Assembly: GCA_027310185.1 (NCBI GenBank)
Contig: DAIDBH010000017.1
Coordinates: 32,001-96,000, forward strand
Reading direction: 5' to 3'
From: Thermoplasmatales archaeon
GTDB taxonomy: Archaea > Thermoplasmatota > Thermoplasmata > Thermoplasmatales > Thermoplasmataceae
Length of the DNA: 64,000 nucleotides
In this document: positions 1-10,333 of the stretch, piece after piece
How the letters are laid out: every line of letters begins with the position of its first letter
How positions within the stretch are numbered: the first letter of the stretch is position 1
The notes under the pieces: model-generated
Database searches by the model: none
Told to the model about the DNA's origin: nothing
What the model saw: the letters and a program-made list of their open reading frames with translations, nothing else
Made by a program: the position numbers and the translations under genes

Positions 1-400
1 ATCAAACTCACTCATTAAACCTACCTGTTATGTGTTAATTACTCCTGACGTAATAACTGTTTTCCAAATATTTAAATCATTTCGTATAGATTGATTACCG
101 GATATTGGATTTCTTCCCTTTATGGTTATGTTTCATATTTAAACACCACAGTAGTTTTATTTTCCTGGATAGAGTCTTTATATGATACTTTTTGAAATAC
201 TCTCCATCATAAAGGATTGCACATTTTCAGTTTTAGCAAATCAATCATGGAAATCAATGTACATATTAAATCTCGCCTGGGTTCAGTGTTTAGACACTGA
301 TAAAGTTAATTCCCGGTGATAACAGAACTTCAAATATATTTTCCAGCATGAAATGAGGAATTAATTACTGCCCCACAGATCTCCGGCTGGATGGCAATCA

Positions 401-868
401 CTACCTTGATGAATGCTCCAGTTTTGCCCCACTCCCCAATCTTTCCTTACAGTAAGCATACAGGGCATCATATAGTGGAAATTGTAGCTTCATGTTCTCA
501 AAATCATCCTTGGCAATGGCTCTGAAACCAAGAGCGGCCGCCTCCAATCCTGCTGATTCGACCGGTGCGTCAGGTATGGATGCATCTGCCCCTCTCACTA
601 TATGTGCAAGTTCTGATAAGGCCTGGTCCCTGATCTCATATTTCCTGATTATTGCATCAAAACTGACGTACTCCATTCCATTTTCCCTGTAATGCATCAG
701 TTCAACACCCGGAAAGTCAAATGGAGTTGCGTTCTCTCTCTTTGCAGTTTCCATGACTTTATCCTTTGGAACGAATAAAAATACTGCTTCCCTATCTACA
801 AATCTGGAGATCAACCATGGACATGCAATCCTGTCGACTTTTGCGTTTTCTCTTGTTACCCATTTCAT
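401..868 (-). CDS. Chromate resistance ChrB-domain protein
   Basis: MKWVTRE..KVDRIACPWLI.RFVD and FDA signatures; start moved to ATG 868, TTTATATA box ~30 nt upstream. Confidence 0.8.
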   Translation of the reverse strand: MKWVTRENAKVDRIACPWLISRFVDREAVFLFVPKDKVMETAKRENATPFDFPGVELMHYRENGMEYVSFDAIIRKYEIRDQALSELAHIVRGADASIPDAPVESAGLEAAALGFRAIAKDDFENMKLQFPLYDALYAYCKERLGSGAKLEHSSR

Positions 869-1024
869 ATGAAACGTTTCTTCCATCCCCGTGAGGTATA
901 TAAATATCTTTATGGGTGACCGGCTGGACCTAAACAACTTCTTGTTTCATAGCTGCCACAAATTCAGGATATGAAGAAATCTGGTTCCTGTGAAAAGATG
1001 AGTTAATTCTAAATAATCTGAGAT

Positions 1025-2182
1025 TTATTGCTTCCTGTACAGTGAATCCCTGTTTAGTTCTTTCAGGTTTTTAAATCCAGATAATCCCATCTCAAGATCC
1101 ATTTCTGCCAGTACCTGCTCGAGATATAATTCTATGCCTTCCTGGCCTGCAACTGACAGCGCATATGCATAGGGTCTTCCAATCAGTATCCCACCTGCGC
1201 CAAGAGCCATTGCCTTCATTGCATTTGCTGCGTGCCTGAATCCACTGTCAAACAGGATTTCCCCCTTAAGGTCATCCCTCCCTGAAATCGCTTCAAGTGC
1301 GTCCAGTGACGAGATGGCACCATCTACCTGCCTGCCACCGTGATTTGAAATAACCACTGCTTTTGCACCGGAGTTAAATGCCATTTGAACATCATCCTCG
1401 TGAGTTATGCCCTTCAGGATTACAGGTAATTCTGTAGATCTGCATATTTCCCTGAAATCTTCCCATGAAAATGATGGATTTACATACACGGAGATGAATT
1501 CCATTATGGCCTTTATCAGATCCTCTTCAGGTGGTTTTTCCAGTCTCTTGAGGAAAGCTGGATCCGAGAAGAAATTTGCCAGTCCCTCACCTCTTAGAAA
1601 TGGCAGGTATGCGTTATTCAGGTCCCTTTCTCTCCAGCCTAGCATTGTTGTGTCAGCAGTGACAACAATTGCCCTATAGCCTGATTTCTCAGCTCTCCTT
1701 ATGAAACTCCTGACTATGTTTTTGTCCTTTGATGGATAGAGCTGAAGCCACTTCTCGCCATCTGGAGATTTTTTCGCGATTTCTTCCATCGTGATTGATG
1801 ATACAGTGCTGAGGTTAAACGGCATGTTCATTTTTGCCGCAGCTCTTGCACTTGCAATCTCGCCATCCTTATGCAGTATGGATTGCACTCCTATGGGAGC
1901 AAGTATGAATGGTGATTCATGATTTATGCCAAGGAATTCTGCATCCAGTGATCTCGTGGAAACATCCCTCAGGTATCTTGGCCTTATGCGCCATTTCCTG
2001 AATGCCGACCTGTTTTCCTGCACAGTATCTTCCTCTCCTGCGCCTCCCTCAAGATAATCCCATGCATCCTTTGTGAGAGTATTTTTCGCTCTTTCCCTCC
2101 ATTCATCAACTGACTGTGGCAGCTTCCTGTTTTCTGCACCTGTGAATACCCTTGTCTGGTATTTTGTTCCCTGATCTGTCAT
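1025..2182 (-). CDS. FMN-dependent alpha-hydroxy acid oxidase, lactate 2-monooxygenase-like
   Basis: APIGVQ, WLQLY, GWRERDL..AYLPF, ILKGI, SNHGGRQVDG, DSG, GRP motifs. Confidence 0.85.
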   Translation of the reverse strand: MTDQGTKYQTRVFTGAENRKLPQSVDEWRERAKNTLTKDAWDYLEGGAGEEDTVQENRSAFRKWRIRPRYLRDVSTRSLDAEFLGINHESPFILAPIGVQSILHKDGEIASARAAAKMNMPFNLSTVSSITMEEIAKKSPDGEKWLQLYPSKDKNIVRSFIRRAEKSGYRAIVVTADTTMLGWRERDLNNAYLPFLRGEGLANFFSDPAFLKRLEKPPEEDLIKAIMEFISVYVNPSFSWEDFREICRSTELPVILKGITHEDDVQMAFNSGAKAVVISNHGGRQVDGAISSLDALEAISGRDDLKGEILFDSGFRHAANAMKAMALGAGGILIGRPYAYALSVAGQEGIELYLEQVLAEMDLEMGLSGFKNLKELNRDSLYRKQ

Positions 2183-2267
2183 TGTGATTCACATGCCTTC
2201 AGAAGTATATTTTATTTAGGGGAAACGTTAATTTGTCTATTTCCTTATTTGCCTGATTATCCTCGCT

Positions 2268-3287
2268 TCAGTGCATAAGAAGGTATTTTTCTCTTTCCTC
2301 CTCTGTAATCCTGCTGATCTGTTTCTCCAATGATTTTACCTCACTGGCAGGATCAAAATTCATTTCCCTGTTTTCCTCCTTGAGTGTGAGGTATATGGAT
2401 CCGATTACTGCGTGATACCCATAAAGCGGGTCGGTTGGAATCATTTCCGGATATTGTTCCAGCACATCGCTCCTGACCTTTTTCCAGTAGAGGTTTGATG
2501 CCCTGAATAATCCACCGTAACCGCTGAAATGTACTTCCTCATCGCCAAACATTGTTTTCCTCAGTGATATTATGCACTTTGCTGCCTCTGTGGCTGATTC
2601 TTCCAAGAGTTCAGTTGCAAGTTCATCCCCTTTTTCAGCCAGTTTAGCTACAATGCCTGTAAATGATGCTATCCTGCCTATGTCTGGTGGATTTGTGTAC
2701 ACCTGGTTCACAATTTCCTTCAGATCATCTACATGAAAAAACTCCTTCACAGAATCCGGGATTTTACTCCTGATCACAGATCGACCATCATAAATCTTCA
2801 TTGTTTCCTGTAATGCTCTTCTGGCTGTGTAAAATGCTCCACCTTCATCACCCAGTATCCAGCCCCATCCACTTACTCTCCGGAATGCTGTTCCCTTCCT
2901 TCCATAGGAAACCATTCCTGTACCAGGGCATATCACAATGCCATCCTTTCCTGGAAATCTGCAATCAAATCCAGCCTCTCCATCATTGAGCACCCTTACC
3001 ATTGATATCTTTTCATGATCAACGACCCTGCCTATAAGTTCATTTTTCAGATTAGAGTCTTTCACACCCGCCAGTGCAATTGAAAATTTTGCTATATTAT
3101 TTATAACTATATCTGCCCGTCCTACGGCCCTTGAGATCGCTTCCTTTATGTTTTTTCCTGCTTCTTCAATTCCCCTTGTCCTGTAATTGCTTGGACCGGA
3201 AATACCCATCCCGTGAATGGAGCCATCTTCTGAGTAGCAAACCGCCACGGTCTTCGTCGCACCACCATCCACGGAAACAAACATCAT
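2268..3287 (-). CDS. BadF/BadG/BcrA/BcrD-family sugar kinase, probable GlcNAc/MurNAc kinase (MurK-like)
   Basis: VDGGATKT, GPSN, ND, PGTG, SGWGWILGDEGGA, GG motifs; amino-sugar gene context. Confidence 0.8.
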   Translation of the reverse strand: MMFVSVDGGATKTVAVCYSEDGSIHGMGISGPSNYRTRGIEEAGKNIKEAISRAVGRADIVINNIAKFSIALAGVKDSNLKNELIGRVVDHEKISMVRVLNDGEAGFDCRFPGKDGIVICPGTGMVSYGRKGTAFRRVSGWGWILGDEGGAFYTARRALQETMKIYDGRSVIRSKIPDSVKEFFHVDDLKEIVNQVYTNPPDIGRIASFTGIVAKLAEKGDELATELLEESATEAAKCIISLRKTMFGDEEVHFSGYGGLFRASNLYWKKVRSDVLEQYPEMIPTDPLYGYHAVIGSIYLTLKEENREMNFDPASEVKSLEKQISRITEEEREKYLLMH

Positions 3288-3317
3288 TATTACTGGTAAT
3301 ATTCAGGAATACATAAA

Positions 3318-4427
3318 TCAATCTGAATTGTTGAGAACAGAGAATACAAAGTTGTGGAATCTTCTCCTGAATTTCAGTATCCTGATATTTTCCCTTGTTG
3401 GGTATACCCTGTTGCTCAGCACTATTGCATAGGCACCTGTCTTTGGATCTATGCAGATGGATGTCCCGGTAAACCCTGTGTGGCCAAATGCACCATAGTT
3501 GACTGTTTCACCCATGAATGCGTTGTACCCGAATGACGGTCCTGGAACTGGTGGCCTTGGTACCTTGATCATCCACCCAAGGCCGAACATTCCTCCTACA
3601 TTCTGGTTCTGTGGCGTTACCATCATGCTCAATGTTTCCTTCCTGACAATTTTTCCACTTAACAGTGCTTCAGTAAAAATGCCCATGTCATGGGTGTTGC
3701 TGAACAACCCAGCATGCCCACATACGCCGCCGTAAAAATACGACTTCTCATCATGTACCTTTCCCCATACCGGCATTCCTCTTTCTGGATCCTCTTCAGT
3801 TGGTGCAATTTTTTCCTTTGCCACAGATGGATTAAAGAAAGAGCTATTCATTGACAGGGGTGAGAATAACTTCTCCTTTGCCAGAACATCCAGGGGTTTT
3901 CCAGATATCTCCTCAAGAAGGAAGGCGAGAAGTATGAAATTGAGATCACTGTATTCTTCTGTTGCAGGAAGCGTATCATGCTGGTGCATCAATCCAATTG
4001 TTCGCAGGTAATCTTCCTTTGTCTTTCCATATTTGTAAAGGGGGAATGTTGAGATCAATCCAGAAGTGTGTGTGATCAGCTGCCTGACTGTCAGGTTGGA
4101 TATGATCAGATCCTGGTTGTAAAGACCAAGAGAACCAAGGCTGTCCTCCAGGCTAAGCTCTCCCCTTTCAATATATTTCATTACCAGGCTTGCTGTTACC
4201 ACTGGCTTTGTTAGAGATGCCATGTCATAAATGGTATCCTCACTGTATTTGAAGTTAAGTTCTTTTATCTTTCCCTTGAAATATGACGTTTTATATGACC
4301 CCTTTCCTACCAGAACATTCATTCCTGAGGATACGCCTTCGAGATTTTTATCGACGAATTCCTTTAATTCTTCCGTGAAATTATCCATGTTCTTCCCCTT
4401 CATTCGATTTGCCCCCATATTCACCAT
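3318..4427 (-). CDS. Beta-lactamase-family (S12) serine hydrolase, AmiE/YbbE-like MurNAc-L-Ala amidase candidate
   Basis: SxxK (MASLTK), LITHTSG, YSDLNFILL, GKVHDE, GHAGLFS, GHTGFTGT; exact start uncertain (4427, 4418, 4403 or 4388). Confidence 0.75.
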   Translation of the reverse strand: MVNMGANRMKGKNMDNFTEELKEFVDKNLEGVSSGMNVLVGKGSYKTSYFKGKIKELNFKYSEDTIYDMASLTKPVVTASLVMKYIERGELSLEDSLGSLGLYNQDLIISNLTVRQLITHTSGLISTFPLYKYGKTKEDYLRTIGLMHQHDTLPATEEYSDLNFILLAFLLEEISGKPLDVLAKEKLFSPLSMNSSFFNPSVAKEKIAPTEEDPERGMPVWGKVHDEKSYFYGGVCGHAGLFSNTHDMGIFTEALLSGKIVRKETLSMMVTPQNQNVGGMFGLGWMIKVPRPPVPGPSFGYNAFMGETVNYGAFGHTGFTGTSICIDPKTGAYAIVLSNRVYPTRENIRILKFRRRFHNFVFSVLNNSD

Positions 4428-5407
4428 CTCACAACCTTGCTCAGGTTTGATGGATGATCAGGATCCATGCCCATGTTTACGGCCTTGAAATTTGCAAGAA
4501 GCTGGATGTATACAAGCGAGTTGAAGACCTTTTGAAACGGGTTTGTTTCATTGATCTTCAGGACTGCATCCCCATTCCCAATGGTTATGACCTCCCCTGA
4601 TAACGCCTTCAATTTTTCCATTATTTTCCTGTTGGGAAAACTACCCTCAGTCAACCAGATTACAGTTGTATCCCCATCCAGCCTGTGCACCGGGCCGTGA
4701 AAATATTCCCGCGTTGGATATGACTCTGTGACAACGCCAGATGTTTCCTTGAACTTAAGACCGCCTTCAAGAGCAACAGGGTAGCACTTTTCTGAACCGA
4801 GAAAAACAACCTTATTCCTGATTTTTGTAGATACTGAACCTACTTCATCTATAGCTGAAACGATCTTTGCAATGCCATTACATATATCATCCACTTCCTC
4901 ACTTATGTTTTTATCATTCCTGAGCCTGTAGTCTATGAGCATTGAGACTGCTACCTGGACAGCATGGGACTTGGTTGCTGCAATTGATTTTTCCTTTCCA
5001 GCGTGTGTGAGAATTGAATTATCAGATTCCCTGAAGAGCTGACTTTCCCTCTCATTGGTTATTCCTATCACTGTAAAACCGTATTTCTTTGAAAGCTTTT
5101 GGTTGGAGATTGCATCAGTACTCTCTCCTGACTGGCTAAAGATTATGTTCGTTATATCTCCATGAAGGTTCTTTATGAGGTTTTCGCTGTATTCTGATGA
5201 TGTAATGGCCATGGATCTTATGCCATTCTCAAGTAATGTATAATTTAACATTAGTGCAGCGTTATAGCTTGTTCCACTACCTGTTACAAAGACAAATGAT
5301 GATTTCCTTATCTGATCTATTATGGAATCAATTCTGTCAGCGTTCTCATTGATAGTTTTCCTTATTGCCTCTGGCTCTTCCCGGATCTCTTCATACATGA
5401 CAGTCAT
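4421..5407 (-). CDS. Double-SIS GlmS-isomerase-like protein, probable glucosamine-6-phosphate deaminase (NagB-II/GlmD type)
   Basis: MYEEIREEP, GSGTS, SQSGES, E.SIAATKSH, EGGLKFKE, EYFHGP, DPDHPSNLSKVV; no glutaminase domain; start moved to ATG 5407. Confidence 0.8.
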   Translation of the reverse strand: MTVMYEEIREEPEAIRKTINENADRIDSIIDQIRKSSFVFVTGSGTSYNAALMLNYTLLENGIRSMAITSSEYSENLIKNLHGDITNIIFSQSGESTDAISNQKLSKKYGFTVIGITNERESQLFRESDNSILTHAGKEKSIAATKSHAVQVAVSMLIDYRLRNDKNISEEVDDICNGIAKIVSAIDEVGSVSTKIRNKVVFLGSEKCYPVALEGGLKFKETSGVVTESYPTREYFHGPVHRLDGDTTVIWLTEGSFPNRKIMEKLKALSGEVITIGNGDAVLKINETNPFQKVFNSLVYIQLLANFKAVNMGMDPDHPSNLSKVVRW

Positions 5408-5717
5408 ATGGAGTTGTATTGGTATTAACGCTATAAATCTTCTTTTGCTGCCCTTTTGCATATATATCAATTCATGATTCAATTTCTGGAAGTGGTAAAA
5501 AACGCTCATCACAATTTTGTATGAAAAATTGCTATGGGAACCACTTGGATATAATTTTTTACACAATGCTTCAACAACAATGCTTTAATACGAGCGAAAA
5601 CATGTTCAAAAAATTGTAGCATTATGCTTAGAACTGAAACTAAGAATAATACAAATTTGAAAGTTTGGACACCCAAAATAAACACCTTATATACATAGAT
5701 AAACTCACATTAGTAGA

Positions 5718-6878
5718 GTGATTAATCTGGAGAGCAGTATTCTTCTGAAGAGGATCGTTACACCGAATGGATATGTGGATGACTGCTATCTCAATATAAA
5801 AGATGGTGTTATACACAGCATAACGAGAAAGGGAATATTTGGCAATGAGATTATAGATTATTCAAATCTCACTGCAATTCCAGGATTCATAGATATACAC
5901 ACCCATGGGTATTTTGGAATTGATGCAACCTATTCATCAGAGGATGAGATTCACATGTGGGCCTCCATGCTAGCCAGGAAAGGCATTACCTCCTTTATTC
6001 CCACATGCGTCTCACTTCCACTTGAGACCATGATCAAATTCGTAAATAAGATCAAAACAGCATCACTTCATCAAAAGAAAAATGAGGCGAGAATACTGGG
6101 AATGAGAAGCGAGGGACCGTATATCAGTCTGGAGCAGAAAGGGGCACATAACACACTATACCTGAGGAAACCAGATGTTGAAGAACTGAAAAAAATAGTT
6201 CACGCTGCTGGTGATTCCACGTTTCTGATTGATATGGCTCCAGAGCTTGAAAATTTCATGGAATCAATGGAATATCTGCTGGAGAATGACAAGATTGTAT
6301 CCCTTGGACATTCAAATGCCTCATACGTCCAGGCCAGGAAAGGAATTGAATCTGGCGCGAAACTGATGACACACTTTTTTAATGCAATGTCTCCCCTGAA
6401 ACACAGGGAGGTTGGCATGGTTGGGGCCGGTCTTTTATCAGATTCAGTATATCTGGAACTCATAGGAGATATGCATCATGTGTCAAGGGAGGCAATTGAG
6501 ATTCTACTGAAAACAAGAGATATTGATCACATAGTGGGAATTACAGATTCACTTTCCATAGGAGGTACTACCACAGCAGAAGTTAAACTTGGAGGCCTTG
6601 ATGTCATAAAAAAGGATGGTGTTGCATGGATCAAGGATACAAACACCATCGCAGGAAGCATCCTCACAATGGATGCTGCATTCCGGAATCTTAATGAGAT
6701 TATCCCAGATCTCATGAGCCTGACGAAGATTTTTTCGACTAACCCCTCAAGGGTATTGAGCCTGAAAAACCTGGGATATATAGATGCTGGAATGAATGCA
6801 GACCTGAATTTTATTGATGAACATATGAATGTGAAAGCCACGATGATAGGTGGGTATCTTGCTGGTGATGAGAAATGA
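5718..6878 (+). CDS. nagA: N-acetylglucosamine-6-phosphate deacetylase
   Basis: PGFIDIHTHG, EGPY, KGAH, APE, GHS, THFFNAM, ITDS, IAGS. Confidence 0.93.
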   Translation: MINLESSILLKRIVTPNGYVDDCYLNIKDGVIHSITRKGIFGNEIIDYSNLTAIPGFIDIHTHGYFGIDATYSSEDEIHMWASMLARKGITSFIPTCVSLPLETMIKFVNKIKTASLHQKKNEARILGMRSEGPYISLEQKGAHNTLYLRKPDVEELKKIVHAAGDSTFLIDMAPELENFMESMEYLLENDKIVSLGHSNASYVQARKGIESGAKLMTHFFNAMSPLKHREVGMVGAGLLSDSVYLELIGDMHHVSREAIEILLKTRDIDHIVGITDSLSIGGTTTAEVKLGGLDVIKKDGVAWIKDTNTIAGSILTMDAAFRNLNEIIPDLMSLTKIFSTNPSRVLSLKNLGYIDAGMNADLNFIDEHMNVKATMIGGYLAGDEK

Positions 6879-6921
6879 GAATATTTAAGGGGCAGAACTA
6901 TCTGGTAAGAAGGTATAAGAT

Positions 6922-7743
6922 ATGACGTCATCCACTGAAGACATAAACCCATTTTCTGTAAACATACATGAGTGGGATGAAGAAACAATTAGCTCATTTA
7001 TTCACCTCTCAGATATAGCTGCCTATGAGGCAGTTGGAAAAGCGATGGATGAAATTTCCAAAGCATGCCGGATGATTCTGGAATCCCTTGAAAAAGGTGG
7101 GAGAGTCATTTACCTTGGTGCAGGTACAAGTGGAAGGGTTGCTGCCCAGGATGTTGTTGAACTGCTTCCAACATACGATCTCGGAACAGATTACTTTGAT
7201 TTCATACTGGCTGGAGGTGTCGGATCACTTGTTAAATCTGTTGAGGGCGCAGAGGATGACAGGAACGGATCAGTGAATGAGTTGAAGCAGAGGAGGCTAA
7301 ATTATAAGGACACTGTTGTTGGAATATCAGCATCAGGCACTACCCCATTCGTCCTTGGTGGCATGGACTACGCAAGAACACTGGGATGCAGGACAATTGG
7401 AATAACAAATAATCATGGCAAGAAGATAGAGAAATCATCTGATCTATGCATTGAACTGCTGACAGGCCCGGAAGTTATTCAGGGTTCAACCAGGATGAAG
7501 GCAGGGACTGCTCAGAAGATGGCACTGAATATAATTTCTACCACTGTAGCGGTAAGGCTTGGAAGAACCTACAGGAATACCATGTCCCACATGGGATCAT
7601 GGTACAATGAAAAACTGAAGAAAAGATCGGTTAACATACTTGTTACCCAGTTTTCAATGACTGAATCTGATGCAGAGAAAATGCTTACTGAAAATAATTA
7701 CAACATTAACAGGTGCATAGAAATTCTGAAGAACAGTAGATAA
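6922..7743 (+). CDS. murQ: N-acetylmuramic acid 6-phosphate etherase
   Basis: TE..N, GAGTSGR, ELLPTY, EGAED, GISASGTTPFV, GPEVIQGSTRMKAGTAQKMALN. Confidence 0.95.
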   Translation: MTSSTEDINPFSVNIHEWDEETISSFIHLSDIAAYEAVGKAMDEISKACRMILESLEKGGRVIYLGAGTSGRVAAQDVVELLPTYDLGTDYFDFILAGGVGSLVKSVEGAEDDRNGSVNELKQRRLNYKDTVVGISASGTTPFVLGGMDYARTLGCRTIGITNNHGKKIEKSSDLCIELLTGPEVIQGSTRMKAGTAQKMALNIISTTVAVRLGRTYRNTMSHMGSWYNEKLKKRSVNILVTQFSMTESDAEKMLTENNYNINRCIEILKNSR

Positions 7744-7795
7744 GTGAGAAACTGCTCCAATCAACTTAATATTGCCAGTTATTATGCTCCGGTAG

Positions 7796-8872
7796 ATGAT
7801 AAAATCAGTAAAATTTAAAAAACTGAATCTTGAGATGAAGAAACCTTTCAAGATTGCTTTGGGCTCAACAGATTTTTATGAGGGATTCCTGGTTTCCATT
7901 GAGACAGATGATGGCATAACAGGATACGGTGAGGCTACCACAACACCATTCATTACAGGAGATACCATGGGCTCAATAGAGAGCGAACTTTCATTCTTCT
8001 CAAAGAAGCTGATCGGAGAGGAAGAATCACCTGAGATTGTAAATACAAAGATGAAGGCGTGGATGAGATCATCCAAGGCAAGCAGGAATGCAATTGACTG
8101 TGCACTCTGGGACATCATAGGAAAGAGGGCAAACATGAACCTTGTAAAATTGCTGGGAAATCATAAGAAATCAATCCTGACTTCATACACCGTTGATCTG
8201 GTTGATGCAGAGACTGCGAAATCACAGGCTAAGGAGCTGTTATCACAGGGTCTCAGGGTTTTCAAGATAAAAGTCGGATCCGGGATTGAGGAAGATTTGA
8301 AAAGAGTAAAGGTTGTGAGGGATGTGGTTGGGGAAGATAAGATGATCTACATAGACTTCAACCAGGCATATAACGTTAAAAATGCTGTCAGGATATCAAG
8401 ATTACTGGAACCTTACAATATAGAATTCATGGAACAACCCATTGCTTCCACAGATATTTCTGGATTGCGTTTTATAAGGGATCATTCTGAAATTCCTGTC
8501 TATGCAGACGAGACCATTTTCACGCCACAGGATGTTTCTGAAGTTCTTAGAAGGGAAGCTGTGGATGGAATAAATATCAAGCTGATGAAATCTGGAGGAA
8601 TCTCAGATGCAATGCAGATGGCAAACACTGCAAAATCATTTGGTGTGCCAGTGATGATAGGATGCATGGTTGAAACGAGGATTGCGAACACTTCTGGCCT
8701 CATAGTTGCACTGAGCAACTCTGCAGTTAAATATGCTGATCTTGACGGATACAATAACATAAAGGAGGACCCTGTTACAGAAGGAATTCTGATGAATAAG
8801 GGAGAAGTGAGCTTATCAGCAAATCTACCTGGAACAGGTATAGCTGTGAGGGAGAAATTCCTTAAAGCATGA
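7796..8872 (+). CDS. ykfB: L-Ala-D/L-Glu dipeptide epimerase (enolase superfamily)
   Basis: PFKIA, KIKVG, DFNQ, EQP, ADE, NIKLMKSGG, GCMVE, DLDG (DxD). Confidence 0.9.
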   Translation: MIKSVKFKKLNLEMKKPFKIALGSTDFYEGFLVSIETDDGITGYGEATTTPFITGDTMGSIESELSFFSKKLIGEEESPEIVNTKMKAWMRSSKASRNAIDCALWDIIGKRANMNLVKLLGNHKKSILTSYTVDLVDAETAKSQAKELLSQGLRVFKIKVGSGIEEDLKRVKVVRDVVGEDKMIYIDFNQAYNVKNAVRISRLLEPYNIEFMEQPIASTDISGLRFIRDHSEIPVYADETIFTPQDVSEVLRREAVDGINIKLMKSGGISDAMQMANTAKSFGVPVMIGCMVETRIANTSGLIVALSNSAVKYADLDGYNNIKEDPVTEGILMNKGEVSLSANLPGTGIAVREKFLKA

Positions 8873-8880
8873 ACTGAGCG

Positions 8881-10290
8881 TCAACTCATAAATCCAAATG
8901 CCTTCATTATTGCTCCAACTATTACTGAAGGCTTCTTTGAATATGCACTTATATATCCCATATTTTCTGAAATTATTCCAAGATCGCCGTCAAAGCTTGT
9001 GGATATGAATACGCATATGTTTCTTTCTGAAATCTCATTCAGTAACTTCACCCTTGACCTCAGATGCTCGTTCCTCCCTACAAAGATAATCTGTCTTCCT
9101 GCATCTTTCATGTTCTCTAAGAACTCTATGCCATAATGTAATTTCAGATCCAGGTTCAAACTACCAAGATGGGAAGATACAAGATTTGTAGATTTTGTTA
9201 TTTCAGCCACCTGGCTTTCGTCCTTTGAATCCATCAGAACAAGATCAGTTTCCTTCTCGGGATCAAGCATCTTCACTCTTCTTACAATAGGGGAAACAGT
9301 CTCAACGGACTTCAGGAGATATGGGGATGGCCTGTGTGACATTTTCCTGACCGGTTCCATGAATTCAAGGATTCTCTGTTCCTTCTTTTTCAATAATGCA
9401 TTATCTATCTTCTGAATTTCTTCATAGAATTCCATGGAGCCTACAATATCTGCATTCTCCAGTACATCAACCTCATTTTTAATGGAACCCTTGATAATTT
9501 CTGAAACGTCATACCTTCCCTTTATTGCCTTCATGTCCATGGAATCTGAAATTATGAGGTTCTTATAATTGAAATCCTTTCTGAGCAATTTCTGTACTGC
9601 TGATGACAGAGTGGCTGGATAGTTATCATCCAGGGAATTGTAGAGAACATGAGAAAGCATTATGGAACTGACGCCCGCTTCAGCTGCCTTCCTGAATGGA
9701 TATGCATCGTTTATTATGGATTCTATATTCCTCCTATCTTCAGGTAAATCAACGTGGGAATCAACCATTACAGATCCATGACCGGGGAAGTGCTTTGCTG
9801 TTGCCCGAACACCATAGGACTGAATACCCCTGATGAATTCCACGCCATGCTTTGCAATGAGTTCAAGATCAGATCCAAAGGATCTCTCAAGAATTACTGG
9901 ATTGTATCCATTTAGGGTATCCAGAACAGGAGCCAGGTTCCATCTTATTCCCAGGGAGTTTAGCTGGTATCCGGTGAGTCTTCCAACATAATTTGTGAAT
10001 TTAGGATCATCAAGCTTTCCAAGGAACAGGTTGCTCGGGTTGTAATCAATCCATGGAATCCTTACCACGTTTCCCCCTTCCTGATCCACTGCAATGAAAG
10101 GTGCATCAACATTGTTTTCCACAACGTATATGTGGTTTATCTTCTTTATCAGTTCAGCCAGTTCCTTCTCATCCCTGAAATCATTGCTGAACAGCACTAC
10201 AGATAGGGGCAACATCTTCGAGACATACCTCAGGCTTTCTTCCCTCTCTACACCTCTGAGGCCTGTCTGAATGAATAATCCTGATCTCAT
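8881..10290 (-). CDS. nagZ: GH3 beta-N-acetylglucosaminidase
   Basis: DQEGG, APVLD, RSFG, KHFPGHG.4.DSH (NagZ-specific motif), SDSMDMKAI. Confidence 0.92.
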   Translation of the reverse strand: MRSGLFIQTGLRGVEREESLRYVSKMLPLSVVLFSNDFRDEKELAELIKKINHIYVVENNVDAPFIAVDQEGGNVVRIPWIDYNPSNLFLGKLDDPKFTNYVGRLTGYQLNSLGIRWNLAPVLDTLNGYNPVILERSFGSDLELIAKHGVEFIRGIQSYGVRATAKHFPGHGSVMVDSHVDLPEDRRNIESIINDAYPFRKAAEAGVSSIMLSHVLYNSLDDNYPATLSSAVQKLLRKDFNYKNLIISDSMDMKAIKGRYDVSEIIKGSIKNEVDVLENADIVGSMEFYEEIQKIDNALLKKKEQRILEFMEPVRKMSHRPSPYLLKSVETVSPIVRRVKMLDPEKETDLVLMDSKDESQVAEITKSTNLVSSHLGSLNLDLKLHYGIEFLENMKDAGRQIIFVGRNEHLRSRVKLLNEISERNICVFISTSFDGDLGIISENMGYISAYSKKPSVIVGAIMKAFGFMS

Positions 10291-10333
10291 GCATCACCAA
10301 TTGCCCTGATTTATTAAATCTATTCCATTATCA

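Noticed and set aside
1-15. Possible start of a minus-strand gene (ATGAGTGAGTTTGAT) running off the window
   Set aside because: Only five codons are visible; cannot be identified.
3318-4427. Beta-lactam resistance gene
   Set aside because: An archaeon has no beta-lactam target; motifs and context fit an AmiE-like hydrolase better.
5563-5585. Direct repeat ACAATGCTT twice in the deaminase/nagA divergent promoter
   Set aside because: Short and not seen at other island promoters; could be chance.
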